This document shows, one piece after another, positions 44,064-53,013 of a stretch of 54,983 nucleotides of DNA. This DNA comes from a virus. The DNA lies in the IMG/VR virus record IMGVR_UViG_3300006948_000003, positions 1 to 54,983 of that record; one strand, 5' to 3'. The translations under genes were made by a program, and so were the position numbers. The notes under the pieces were generated by a model. It was not told where the DNA came from, did no database searches, and saw only the letters and a list, made by a program, of their open reading frames with translations. Each line of letters begins with the position of its first letter. Positions within the stretch are counted from its first letter, which is position 1.

Positions 44064-44096
44064 CGGGCACTCCGCCACCCCCACAGGCAACCGCCC

Positions 44097-44441
44097 ATGA
44101 ACAACCCTGACCAGCCGAAATGGCTCACAGAACGCATCAACCAAACCAGTGACCGAACCCGCAAAGGCACCTGCCCGCACTGTCACTGCCCCGTACTACG
44201 CGCCCGAGCCGGCCACGTCGCCGCCCTCGACGTCACCGCCGACCCCGAGCCACTCGACGTCCACGGCGAACTCCTCGCCCGACTCGAAGGCCGACTCACC
44301 TGGCACCTCGTCACCAGCGCCCTCGGCACCCAACGCCTCACCTGGCGCACCCACTTCCACATCCGCGCCGGACCACCAAAACACCCCGTCCTACGCGACC
44401 ACCGATGCCCACCCCAACCCGTGCAAGGGACGCTCCTGTGA
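44097..44441 (+). CDS. Hypothetical protein (CxxC motif)
   Basis: ORF track, 114 aa. Confidence 0.6.
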   Translation: MNNPDQPKWLTERINQTSDRTRKGTCPHCHCPVLRARAGHVAALDVTADPEPLDVHGELLARLEGRLTWHLVTSALGTQRLTWRTHFHIRAGPPKHPVLRDHRCPPQPVQGTLL

Positions 44442-44902
44442 CCACACCACCACCCCAGCTCTTCACGCTGGCCCTGCCACCCGGACTGAAACTCCTCAAC
44501 TCCAACCAGAGGCCCCACCACCGCGTACGAGCCGACATCACCCGCGCCCTCCGCGCGGCCGCAATGAACGCGTGCAGCGAAAACCCCACCATGCGCGACG
44601 CTCTCATCACCGCCGGCAGCGGCCCCCTCCTCCAGCGCGCATACATCCTCGGAGTGCTCCACCCTCCGTCTCGGCGACGCGCCGACCCCGCGAACTGGTA
44701 CCCCAGCTTCAAAGCCGCCGTCGACGGAGTCATCGACGCCGGAGTCCTCGAAGACGACGACCACACCCGGCTCGTCGGACCCGACATGCGCATCGGCCCC
44801 ATCGTCAAAGGCGGCCAACTCACCCTCGTCATCCAAGAACTCACCCCCACGCAGCACGCCGCCTTCCAGTGGCCCGCCCGCCAGGCGGTGACCACAGGAT
44901 GA
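44438..44902 (+). CDS. rusA: RusA-like Holliday junction resolvase
   Basis: ORF track 44405..44902. GTGA overlap at 44438. Contains DPANWYPSFKAAVDGVIDAGVLEDDD. Confidence 0.75.
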   Translation: MTTPPPQLFTLALPPGLKLLNSNQRPHHRVRADITRALRAAAMNACSENPTMRDALITAGSGPLLQRAYILGVLHPPSRRRADPANWYPSFKAAVDGVIDAGVLEDDDHTRLVGPDMRIGPIVKGGQLTLVIQELTPTQHAAFQWPARQAVTTG

Positions 44903-46086
44903 CCACGACCGTCCATCTCTTCTCTGGCGGCTGCGGCGACCTCCGCGGCTTCGACAACGCCGGTTATCACGCCCTCTACGCCGCCAACCACGCCAAGCCC
45001 GCAGTCGACACCGCCAAGGCCAACTGGCCCGGCATCCGCGCCCAACAGTGCGACATCAACAACCTCGACATGCGCAGCGTCCCGAAGGCGGACGGCATCG
45101 TCGGCTCCCCGATCTGCTGGGAGGTCACCCCGGCCGGCGGCAACGCCGCACCCAAGGCACAGGCTGAGCTCGGCGTCGACGACAGCGAGCAGGCCAAGGC
45201 CGCCGAGTGGTCCCGGACCCGTATGACGGCCTGGGACCCGATCAGGTACGCCGAGGTCCACCGGCCCCTGTTCTACGTCGGGGAGAACGTCCCGGCGTTC
45301 GGCATGAAGCGCAACCGGTCGCTGTTCGACGCGTGGCTGCACGTGTGGGATGCGCTCGGCTACAACGTCGCCCTCGCCAGCGTGAACGCCGCTCACATCC
45401 ACGGCACCGGCTACGAGCGGCTCCCGCAGTCCCGTGACCGCCTCGTGTGGGCCATGGTCCGAAAGGACATCGGCCGCGTGCCCGACCTGCGGCCGCGCCC
45501 CGACACCCTGTGCTCGAACTGCGGTCCGGTGCAGGGGATCCAGAACTGGACCACCGACCACCTCGTCCGCAAGGTCGGAGAGTACGGCGACCAGTACCAC
45601 TACATCTGCCCCACGCCCCGATGCCACGAGCGCGTCGAGCCCGTCGTCCGTGGCATCCGCGACGTCATCGACGCCTCGGTGGAAGGGGACCGATTCGGCA
45701 ACGGCTACCTCAAGGGTCAACGGCGCGTGCCGTACGCAGACGCCACCCGAGACCGCGTCCAGATCGGCATCGACCGCTTCGGCGGCAAGCCGTTCATGGT
45801 CACCCTCCGCAAGAACGGCACCGCGGCCTCCCTCGGCTCGCCGATCGGCACCCTGTCGGCGCAGGGCGGCAACCACCACTACCTCGTCCGGCCGAACGCG
45901 AGCGGAACGGTCGATGAGTGCGCCTACCGGCCGCTGACCGTCGCCGAGAAAGCCAAGGCGCAAGGCTTCCCACCGCACCACGTGCTCGCCGGCACGCCTG
46001 CCCAGCAGAAGACACAGGTCGGCAACGCCGTGCCCGTGAACGTGGCGACGTGGGCCGCGCAGCACGTGAAGGCGGTGCTCGCCTGA
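44899..46086 (+). CDS. DNA (cytosine-5) methyltransferase
   Basis: ORF track 44149..46086. ATGA overlap at 44899 (395 aa). Motifs FSGGCGD (I), GSPICW (IV), GENV (VI), QSRDR (VIII), GNAVPV (X). Confidence 0.85.
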   Translation: MTTTVHLFSGGCGDLRGFDNAGYHALYAANHAKPAVDTAKANWPGIRAQQCDINNLDMRSVPKADGIVGSPICWEVTPAGGNAAPKAQAELGVDDSEQAKAAEWSRTRMTAWDPIRYAEVHRPLFYVGENVPAFGMKRNRSLFDAWLHVWDALGYNVALASVNAAHIHGTGYERLPQSRDRLVWAMVRKDIGRVPDLRPRPDTLCSNCGPVQGIQNWTTDHLVRKVGEYGDQYHYICPTPRCHERVEPVVRGIRDVIDASVEGDRFGNGYLKGQRRVPYADATRDRVQIGIDRFGGKPFMVTLRKNGTAASLGSPIGTLSAQGGNHHYLVRPNASGTVDECAYRPLTVAEKAKAQGFPPHHVLAGTPAQQKTQVGNAVPVNVATWAAQHVKAVLA

Positions 46087-46526
46087 TGCCCGGCCCCCGC
46101 GGCGCGTCCCGCGCCGACATCGTCCGCCTCCTGCGTGACGGACACTCCAACCGAGAGATCGGCCGCTGTCTCCACATCAACCCACAGCGTGTCGGTCGTA
46201 TCCGCGCCGAGCTTGACCTCCCGTCGTACATGCCGGAGCCCGCACTCACCCTCGAGCAGCGGTGGGCCGCCCACGCAAAGCCCGTACTCGGCGGCCACAT
46301 GCGGTGGGACGGCGGCATCCGTTGCGGTACCGCGAACCTCGTCTACCGGCAGCGCAACTACGGCGCCCGCCGGATCGCCTTCACCATCGAGCACGGCCGG
46401 GAGCCGGTCGGCCGTGTCCTGCCTGAGTGCGGTCTCGGCTGGTGCGTGGCGCCGGCCTGCGCGACCGACGAGCCGATGCGCCGAGCCGACGCCAAGTACC
46501 AGGCGATCTTCGGGAGGGCGGCGTGA
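46086..46526 (+). CDS. HTH DNA-binding protein (146 aa)
   Basis: ORF track 45918..46526. ATG at 46086 (TGATG). Contains GHSNREIGRCLHINPQRVGRIR. Confidence 0.7.
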   Translation: MPGPRGASRADIVRLLRDGHSNREIGRCLHINPQRVGRIRAELDLPSYMPEPALTLEQRWAAHAKPVLGGHMRWDGGIRCGTANLVYRQRNYGARRIAFTIEHGREPVGRVLPECGLGWCVAPACATDEPMRRADAKYQAIFGRAA

Positions 46527-46768
46527 GCAGCCGCATCCCGGAGCCGTGCCCCGCCCGCCTCGGACCGCACGACGGGGAGCTCCGCTTCTACGTCCAGGGC
46601 TGGCTGTGCGACGCGCACTCCCCATGGGCAGCGAAGCAGCTGCCTCGCCCGGCCCCGGGTGCGGGACTGCCCTGGTCCGCCGTCCGACCAGCCCCACAAC
46701 GCCGCCTGACCCACCCCACCCACACCCCACCCACTACTGACCTTGAAGTCAGTAAGGAGCGATCGTGA
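46523..46768 (+). CDS. Hypothetical protein (81 aa), weak call
   Basis: Frame of ORF 46427..46768. GTGA overlaps at both ends. Pro-rich C-terminus. Confidence 0.4.
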   Translation: MSSRIPEPCPARLGPHDGELRFYVQGWLCDAHSPWAAKQLPRPAPGAGLPWSAVRPAPQRRLTHPTHTPPTTDLEVSKERS

Positions 46769-47358
46769 CCGTCCGCCACTTCACCCGCGAGCAGCTGGAA
46801 GAGATCGGCGTCCCGTTCGAACTCGACGGCGACGACACCTGCGCCTCGGAACTGTCCAATGAACTCGTCGGCTCCGAGCGCTGGACCGACGTCCACGAGC
46901 TCGTCTTCCGCGCCCCCGACACCGGCGACGCCTACCAGGTCACCTACGAGGTCGGCTCCACCGAGCACCAGGACGGCATCGACCCGTGGATGCGGCACGG
47001 CAAGACGATCCGCGCCGTCGAGGTCGAGCAGCGACCGGTCGTCACCCAGCAGTGGCTTCCCGTCGACGCCCCGCGTGACCCCGGCCTCGACACCGTGCTG
47101 CCCGCCTGGGAGGCCATGTACGAGCCCGGCAACGTCTCCGACTACCTCATCGGCTACGCCAACTCCGAGGCCGCCGCGAAGGGCGCTGCTGAGGCGTGGC
47201 TGCGGTCCGAGAAGGACGAGCCGGGCCGTCTGGAGTGGGTGCCGCAGAACCCGGTGGACGGCTACGACACGGGGTTCGAACTCATCGAGCGGCACGACGA
47301 CGGCATCGACACCGGGCCCGGAATCACCATTCGCCGCCGCACTTTGCCCACCGCGTGA
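46765..47358 (+). CDS. Hypothetical protein
   Basis: ORF track, 197 aa. GTG follows AAGGAG. Confidence 0.75.
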   Translation: MTVRHFTREQLEEIGVPFELDGDDTCASELSNELVGSERWTDVHELVFRAPDTGDAYQVTYEVGSTEHQDGIDPWMRHGKTIRAVEVEQRPVVTQQWLPVDAPRDPGLDTVLPAWEAMYEPGNVSDYLIGYANSEAAAKGAAEAWLRSEKDEPGRLEWVPQNPVDGYDTGFELIERHDDGIDTGPGITIRRRTLPTA

Positions 47359-47405
47359 CACCCGGTTACAGCGGCCCACGCGCGACACACCGAAAGGACA
47401 CCCCG

Positions 47406-47981
47406 ATGACCAACCCCACCCCGCTCAGCGCCGAACGCGAGCAGGAGATCCGCGAGTCCATCCCCACCGTCTACGGCCCGCCCTGGACCGTCCACCCCGA
47501 CATGGACGACGACGTCTGGCGCGTCCAGTACGCCACCGATCACCCGCTGGCCGGGCTCGTCTGCGAGGTGCCCGACTACGGGGCGCACCTTGCCGAGTTC
47601 ATCGCGACGGCGCGGGCCGCGGTGCCGGAGCTGCTCGCCGAGATCGGCCGCCTGCGCGGTGTGCTGGAGGAGATCCGGCACCTGCACAAGGACTCCCCGA
47701 TGGGCCCCTGCCCGGTGTGCATCAACGGCGACGCGGGGCCCGACGAGGACCCCACCGTGCCGTACCCGTGCCCGACGGCCCGTCTCGCCGGTGCGCAGGA
47801 CTGCGACCCGCCGAGCGCGCAGCCAGCCGAAGCGTGCGGCAAATGCCGCCAGCCGTTCGACCCGGCCGACACCAGCTTCGACGGGCGCGCCCGGTACCAC
47901 CTGACGCCGTACTGCCGCGGCTGCGTCGACCGCTGCCACGACAACGAGATCGCGGATCACCGGTGCGTGATCTGCGCATGA
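47406..47981 (+). CDS. Hypothetical Cys-rich protein (191 aa)
   Basis: ORF track 47196..47981. ATG at 47406. Confidence 0.7.
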   Translation: MTNPTPLSAEREQEIRESIPTVYGPPWTVHPDMDDDVWRVQYATDHPLAGLVCEVPDYGAHLAEFIATARAAVPELLAEIGRLRGVLEEIRHLHKDSPMGPCPVCINGDAGPDEDPTVPYPCPTARLAGAQDCDPPSAQPAEACGKCRQPFDPADTSFDGRARYHLTPYCRGCVDRCHDNEIADHRCVICA

Positions 47982-47991
47982 GCAGCAGCAC

Positions 47992-48022
47992 GGCCCGGCG
48001 GTGTTGGAGTCACCGCCGGGCC
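47992..48022 (+). terminator. Perfect 12-bp stem / 7-nt loop hairpin inside the early operon
   Basis: ggcccggcggtg (47992-48003) pairs with caccgccgggcc (48011-48022). Confidence 0.5.
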
Positions 48023-48061
48023 GGCCACCCCGATCCCACCACATCACCCAGGAGCAAGGCC

Positions 48062-48706
48062 ATGACCGACCCCACCAGCCTCTTCGACGAAGCCGACCGC
48101 GAAGCCCTCGCCGAACTCCGCGCATACCTCACCGGCCGCCCCCATCCCGACCCTTCCGCCGGCTCGGCTGCCGCACTGCGCCGCGTGCGCACCGTGCTGG
48201 AGACAGAGCACGTCGTAGGCCGGAGCGCCCTGGAGTACCGAGGACTCATCACCGCCGCCCTGCTGGACCGTACTGCCGATGCGCCCACCCCGTGCAGCCA
48301 GCCCAACCCCTGCGAAGACGGCGAACTCTGCGCCCACCACGAAGAGGAACAGGCCCACGCCAACGGCGAACACGAGTACTGCGGCATCACCTGCGAGATC
48401 CAGATGCCGCCCGCTCCGATGTACAACTCGATCGTCGCCCACGGCATCCCCGGCACCGGCGGAATGCTCAACGAACTCCTGCGCCGCGCCGCCGCCGGCC
48501 TGCTGCCCACCGCCGAGGAGCGCGTGCCCGCCCCGGACGTCGTCGCGTTCCGCAACCCCGACCAGCCTGCCTCGCTGTGGTGCCGCGAACACGGGCTGCG
48601 CTGGTGGGGCTTGACCCCGCTCACGTCCGAGGATCTCCCGGACGGCGGCGTGTGCGGGCAGTGCGGCGTGGACGTCCTGATCCCGCAGGAGACGAGCCGT
48701 GGCTGA
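48062..48706 (+). CDS. Hypothetical protein (214 aa)
   Basis: ORF track 46859..48706. ATG at 48062 follows CAGGAGCAAGG. Confidence 0.7.
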   Translation: MTDPTSLFDEADREALAELRAYLTGRPHPDPSAGSAAALRRVRTVLETEHVVGRSALEYRGLITAALLDRTADAPTPCSQPNPCEDGELCAHHEEEQAHANGEHEYCGITCEIQMPPAPMYNSIVAHGIPGTGGMLNELLRRAAAGLLPTAEERVPAPDVVAFRNPDQPASLWCREHGLRWWGLTPLTSEDLPDGGVCGQCGVDVLIPQETSRG

Positions 48707-49193
48707 CACCCCGCGCCCCACCGACACCGAACTCCTCGCCGAACTCGGCCCCCTCGCCGCCGTCATCGCCGACAAGGTCCACACCATCCCCGTCCGCCTC
48801 GGCCCCGGCGGCACCGACGACCTGGTCTCCGAGCTGACGCTGGCGGTCGCCGTGTACGTCGGCCGCGAGGTGCTCCCCGCCGGCGCACTCGCCCTCGCCA
48901 CGCCGCCCTACGAGCCGTCGACCACGTGGACCATCCAGACCCACCGTCGAGGCCACTGGCAGCGCTGGCTCGCCGACCGCGACAACCTCGCCGAGGCCCG
49001 CGAGGACTACGACCGTGTCATCGAGCACTCCGGCAGCAAGTGGGCGTTCCGCCTCGTCCGCAACACGACGACGTTCGCCGTCGAGACCACACACACCCCG
49101 CCTGCTGGTGGGGCGCCGCAGCTGGTCTGCAAGTGCCCGGCCGAGATCTGCCAGTGCGGACACCACCAGGCGCAGCAGCCGAAGGAGGCCTGA
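48699..49193 (+). CDS. Hypothetical protein
   Basis: ORF track, 164 aa. Confidence 0.7.
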   Translation: MADTPRPTDTELLAELGPLAAVIADKVHTIPVRLGPGGTDDLVSELTLAVAVYVGREVLPAGALALATPPYEPSTTWTIQTHRRGHWQRWLADRDNLAEAREDYDRVIEHSGSKWAFRLVRNTTTFAVETTHTPPAGGAPQLVCKCPAEICQCGHHQAQQPKEA

Positions 49194-49195
49194 CT

Positions 49196-49393
49196 GTGGC
49201 CCGTGAACTCAACGCCTGCGGCTTCTCCTCCGAGACCATCGCCGCCGAATACGAGACCGATGCTGCGCTCGCCGAGTGGCCCGGTAGCGACCGGACGTTC
49301 CCACCAGACGGGCACTACTTCTACGCCGCGCTCCGGGCCGAGATCGAGCAGCGCGACCTCGACCGCCGCGTCAGCGCCGAGGAGCCGTCGTGA
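49196..49393 (+). CDS. Hypothetical small protein (65 aa)
   Basis: ORF track 48926..49393. GTG at 49196 follows GAAGGAGG. Confidence 0.6.
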   Translation: MARELNACGFSSETIAAEYETDAALAEWPGSDRTFPPDGHYFYAALRAEIEQRDLDRRVSAEEPS

Positions 49394-49662
49394 TCGCCGA
49401 CGCCATCGACACCCTCATCACCCTCGGCTGGGCCGCCCTCGCCTGGCTGTTCGTGTTCGCCGCAGCTTGCGCGCTGGTCCTCACCGCGATCGCCGCCGCG
49501 ATCCTCACCGTCGCGCGCGGCATGAAGACCGCGTGCGCGCGGCTCCGCGATCACCTCCGGCCCGAACTCACGCCAGAGCAACCCCAGGAACCTCGAAGCC
49601 CACACACAGCCCCACAGCGCCCCACGCCCGCATGGGCCCACACCGACAAGGAGGCAGCCTGA
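49390..49662 (+). CDS. Small membrane protein
   Basis: ORF track, 90 aa. Contains LITLGWAALAWLFVFAAACALVLTAIAAAILTV. Confidence 0.65.
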   Translation: MIADAIDTLITLGWAALAWLFVFAAACALVLTAIAAAILTVARGMKTACARLRDHLRPELTPEQPQEPRSPHTAPQRPTPAWAHTDKEAA

Positions 49663-50054
49663 TGCCCCGACCCGCCACCACACTCCAACTCGGCGCGCTC
49701 GCCCTCACCGCCGGCGCCGCATGGTCCGGCTGGGAGCACAACTGGTTCCCCATGGCAGCGCTCGCCTACGGGGCGTTCCTCCTCCTTGTCCTCGCCGCCG
49801 GGCGCAAGCACCACGACCAGACCGTCCGGGCCCGGCACGAGCAAGCCCGCCGTGCCGCCCGCCTCGACGACGAGACGCTCGCCGAAGTCCCGCCCCCGTG
49901 CTGCCAGTTCTGGAAGCACTCCGAAGGCAAGGCCCACGGAGCCAACTGCACGCGGCCGCCGCTCGCCCGCCGCGACACCTACCGCCTCACCCCGACCGAG
50001 CGGGACGCGTTCGAGGAGATCACCGCAGGCTTCGACGACCGGAGCGTGGCGTGA
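49662..50054 (+). CDS. Membrane protein (130 aa)
   Basis: ORF track 49203..50054. ATG at 49662 (TGATG). Two hydrophobic helices. Confidence 0.65.
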   Translation: MPRPATTLQLGALALTAGAAWSGWEHNWFPMAALAYGAFLLLVLAAGRKHHDQTVRARHEQARRAARLDDETLAEVPPPCCQFWKHSEGKAHGANCTRPPLARRDTYRLTPTERDAFEEITAGFDDRSVA

Positions 50055-50215
50055 GCGGCCCGTCGTCGAGTCCCCGGGGCGAGCACACGCCCGCCCCGGG
50101 CAACACCTGGGACCGCCCCCGCACCGAGGTCGTCATCCCCGACGACGCTCCTGATCCCCGGCCGGGGCGGGCCGAACGGCGTGCCCTCGCCCGCGCAGCA
50201 CGGAGGAAGAAGTGA
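50051..50215 (+). CDS. Hypothetical small protein (54 aa), weak call
   Basis: Frame of ORF 49721..50215. GTGA overlaps at both ends. Confidence 0.35.
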   Translation: MSGPSSSPRGEHTPAPGNTWDRPRTEVVIPDDAPDPRPGRAERRALARAARRKK

Positions 50216-50682
50216 CCGAGCCCGAAGACACCTGCCGCCCCATCGAGGTCGACGGCGAGACGATCGTTGTGCGCGGCCAGGGCGAGTTGACCGAGCGAGA
50301 GAAGGAACTCGCCGCCGACATCGTTCGCGCCGCGAAGAAGAAGTTCGAGGCTGAGCACGCCGACCCTGACGCCAAGCAGCTGCGCGCGCTCGCCTTCAAC
50401 GCCGTCGCCCCTGCCCTACGCGAGAGCGGGGAGTGGCTGCCGCTGTCCGCGCGCCGGGCCGTGGCAAATGCGGTGCTGGACGTCGTGCTGCCGCTCGCGT
50501 CCACCACCGCCGAGCTCGCCCGCGACTCCGGGGCCACCGTGCAGCGCGTCATCGCCCTCTACGAGCAGTGGGTCAAGGCCGGCCCGCCGCCGCTCGGCAC
50601 GCCGATGTCCCGCTGGTGGGACAAACGCCTCGCCGAGCTGCACAACGCGATCCTCCCGCCCACCGACCAGACCCAGGAGTGA
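50212..50682 (+). CDS. Hypothetical protein
   Basis: ORF track, 156 aa. Confidence 0.7.
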   Translation: MTEPEDTCRPIEVDGETIVVRGQGELTEREKELAADIVRAAKKKFEAEHADPDAKQLRALAFNAVAPALRESGEWLPLSARRAVANAVLDVVLPLASTTAELARDSGATVQRVIALYEQWVKAGPPPLGTPMSRWWDKRLAELHNAILPPTDQTQE

Positions 50683-50684
50683 CC

Positions 50685-51242
50685 ATGACCGACACCCGCA
50701 TCGCTCTCACCCTCATGTTCGCCAGTGACGACAAGCCGTCCATCGTCGCCACCCGCGTCGGGGAGGTCGTCGCTGCCGAAGTCGCGGCCCCGCTTGTCAG
50801 CATGAGCTGGAGTGCTTTCGACCTCAACAGCGACGACACCGATGACGAACCCGACTGGGAGGCCGCCGCCAAGAGGGCTGAGACCGAACGGGACGGCGCG
50901 TACCGCGAACGCGCCCACCTCGTAGCCCTGCTGGCCGCCATGACCCCCGGCGCAGTCATCGCCCCCGCACCCGACGTCGACGAGCCCGGCTGGCAGATCA
51001 CCTACCTCACCATCGGCGGCCGACAGGCGAGCTGGCACATCAGCCCCCGGGACGCCGACCTGTTCGCCCACCTTGAGGCCGTCGAGGCCGACGATCCGCG
51101 CGCGCAGTGGAACGGCCACACCACGGAGGAGAAGTACGAGGGGATCGCCGCGCACACCGTCGAGTTGATGCAGCAGTGCGGGCCGGAGTGCTCGGAGCAG
51201 CACACCGAGGTCGGGCGCTGCGAGATCGCGAGGAACCGATGA
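50685..51242 (+). CDS. Hypothetical protein (185 aa)
   Basis: ORF track 50433..51242. ATG at 50685. Confidence 0.7.
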   Translation: MTDTRIALTLMFASDDKPSIVATRVGEVVAAEVAAPLVSMSWSAFDLNSDDTDDEPDWEAAAKRAETERDGAYRERAHLVALLAAMTPGAVIAPAPDVDEPGWQITYLTIGGRQASWHISPRDADLFAHLEAVEADDPRAQWNGHTTEEKYEGIAAHTVELMQQCGPECSEQHTEVGRCEIARNR

Positions 51243-51532
51243 CGATCCGGATGGAGATCCTCGGCGACGACGGCGAGTGGCAAGAGGTGCCCGGCATCAA
51301 GTCCGTCGAGCTGCACCAGGAACAGCCCGACCCGCGCGACGAGGCATACCGACGACACGACGCCTTCGACGCCATGGTCTTCGCCATGCCGCTGCTCTCC
51401 GGCCGCATCGACGTCCCGGTCCGTCGCGCACACCTGCGGGAGGAGATCGACCGCGCTGAGGAGCAGGCCCGCGTCATCGACCAGGACGGCAACCCCGTAG
51501 CGCCGCGCACCAACTCGCCAGAGGAGAACTGA
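51239..51532 (+). CDS. Hypothetical protein (97 aa)
   Basis: ORF track 51107..51532. ATGA overlap at 51239. Confidence 0.65.
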   Translation: MTIRMEILGDDGEWQEVPGIKSVELHQEQPDPRDEAYRRHDAFDAMVFAMPLLSGRIDVPVRRAHLREEIDRAEEQARVIDQDGNPVAPRTNSPEEN

Positions 51533-52017
51533 TGGACCAGCCCCGCCGCTTCCACCTCCAGCGCACCACCGACATCACCGGCGTCTCCGGCACCGGCCGC
51601 GTCGCCGACGGCATCCTCTGGCCCGACGGCACCGCCTCCGTCCGCTGGGTAGGCGAACGCCCCAGCGTCGTCTTCTGGGACCACGGAGTCGCCGACGCCG
51701 AACACGTCCACGGGCACGGCGGCCACACCGCAATCGTCTGGGACGACCCCGAGCCCGCCCCGGTCGGAGAATGCGAGCACTGCCCCGACGGACACACCCC
51801 GGCCGACCAAGGCTCCCAGCAGTGGAACGCCCACGTCGGCCCCGAGCGTGACGGTGACGGTCAGCCCACAACGATCCACGTGGCCCGGTCCGCTGGTGCA
51901 CACGTCGCAGAGTCCGACGCCGAATGGATTCGCCAGCGCCTCAACCCTGCCGACAAGCCGCGAGAGCCGCAGCCGCAGCCGTTCTCCGGCACCGGGCGGC
52001 TCGGCCGAGGCGCCTGA
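51532..52017 (+). CDS. Hypothetical protein
   Basis: ORF track, 161 aa. Confidence 0.65.
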   Translation: MDQPRRFHLQRTTDITGVSGTGRVADGILWPDGTASVRWVGERPSVVFWDHGVADAEHVHGHGGHTAIVWDDPEPAPVGECEHCPDGHTPADQGSQQWNAHVGPERDGDGQPTTIHVARSAGAHVAESDAEWIRQRLNPADKPREPQPQPFSGTGRLGRGA

Positions 52018-52033
52018 CCCAGCACGCGACGAA

Positions 52034-52073
52034 GGGGCGTGCCTACGAACTCCCCAGCTCCACGGCACGCCCC
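52034..52073 (+). terminator. 10-bp stem hairpin with a 20-nt loop
   Basis: ggggcgtgcc (52034-52043) pairs with ggcacgcccc (52064-52073). Confidence 0.4.
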
Positions 52074-52118
52074 CTGGTGATCGTCACTGTACCGCCCTAC
52101 GTACCAAGGGGATGCACG

Positions 52119-52862
52119 ATGACCACCGCCGCCACCCACCTCCGCACCACCGCACTCCACTGGACCGACCTCCACGAAGCCGCCGGACAACCCGTCCAGG
52201 TCGGAGCCTTCGGCCTCGGCCTCCGCGGCTACCTCGCCCGCCTCGACGAAGCCGACGCCGAACAGCTGGAGTACGAACGCCACCAGGCCGCCCACCTCCG
52301 CTCCCTGGAACGCGACCCGATCCAGCTCGGCGACCGGCCCACCCCTGTCCGCCTCCACATCCTCGACACCATGCGCGTCGTCGAGGCCGCCCTCGTCGCC
52401 TGCGCCGACGACATCGCCCGCACCGCCCAACGCGCCCCGATCTCCATCCCGGCCGCCCGCCGCGCCGACTACCGCACGCTCCGCGAAGCCCGCATCGCCC
52501 ACAACGACCGCAAGCGCCGCACCGAGCTCGCCCTCGCCGACCAGCGAGACCCGCGACGCTGGCGCTACACCGGACAGCGGACCGCCCCGTACGCCGCGCT
52601 GTGGCTGTTGGCCCGCCTCGAGCGCGCGCCTGGTCCGTGCCGGCGCATCACCGAGCAGGAGGCCACTCGGATCGGGAAGGTCGCGGCCGGCGCCGCCGAA
52701 CGCGTCGAACGGGCCCTCGACATCGCCTCGCAGTCCCGCACCCTGGAACGGCGATGCGGCTGCGGCGGAGCGATCGACATCCACGGCGGCGAAGGCCGGC
52801 CACCCCTCGCGCACTGCACCGGGTGCGGTCGAGTGTGGACCGAGGCCGGGGTGGCGGCATGA
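52119..52862 (+). CDS. Hypothetical protein with a C-terminal Cys4 motif (247 aa)
   Basis: ORF track 51924..52862. ATG at 52119. Contains CGCGG...CTGCG. Confidence 0.7.
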   Translation: MTTAATHLRTTALHWTDLHEAAGQPVQVGAFGLGLRGYLARLDEADAEQLEYERHQAAHLRSLERDPIQLGDRPTPVRLHILDTMRVVEAALVACADDIARTAQRAPISIPAARRADYRTLREARIAHNDRKRRTELALADQRDPRRWRYTGQRTAPYAALWLLARLERAPGPCRRITEQEATRIGKVAAGAAERVERALDIASQSRTLERRCGCGGAIDIHGGEGRPPLAHCTGCGRVWTEAGVAA

Positions 52863-52945
52863 GGCGGCGGGTGTCCCAGATGCTCGGCTGGTGTCTGCTG
52901 TTCGCGGCTCTCGCTGTCGTGGCGTGGGTGGCCGTGACATCCTGA
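52859..52945 (+). CDS. 28-aa single-TM micropeptide, tentative
   Basis: ATGA overlap at 52859. Translation MRRRVSQMLGWCLLFAALAVVAWVAVTS. Followed by a strong terminator. Confidence 0.35.
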   Translation: MRRRVSQMLGWCLLFAALAVVAWVAVTS

Positions 52946-52966
52946 CGGGACGAGGAAGAACAGCAG

Positions 52967-53000
52967 AGAGCCCCGGCCGGGTAACAGCGGCCGGGGCTCT
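52967..53000. terminator. Perfect 13-bp stem / 8-nt loop bidirectional terminator
   Basis: agagccccggccg (52967-52979) pairs with cggccggggctct (52988-53000). Lies between convergent genes. Confidence 0.75.
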
Positions 53001-53013
53001 TCTGCGTTCAGGG

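Noticed and set aside
43867-44100. 77-aa ORF (MITENSDSSDRDVTVS...) downstream of the primase gene
   Set aside because: The region has lower GC, lacks GC-rich third positions, and is built from 18-bp direct and inverted repeats. It is better explained as a non-coding iteron or origin element.
44149-44898. N-terminal 250 codons of the 645-aa track ORF that ends as the methyltransferase
   Set aside because: The sequence is Pro/Arg/Ser/Thr-rich shadow and overlaps two well-formed genes in other frames (44097-44441 and RusA 44438-44902). The ATGA-coupled start at 44899 precedes motif I. Similar over-long track ORFs were trimmed at 8588, 20244, 23213, 37110, 46859, 49203 and 51848.
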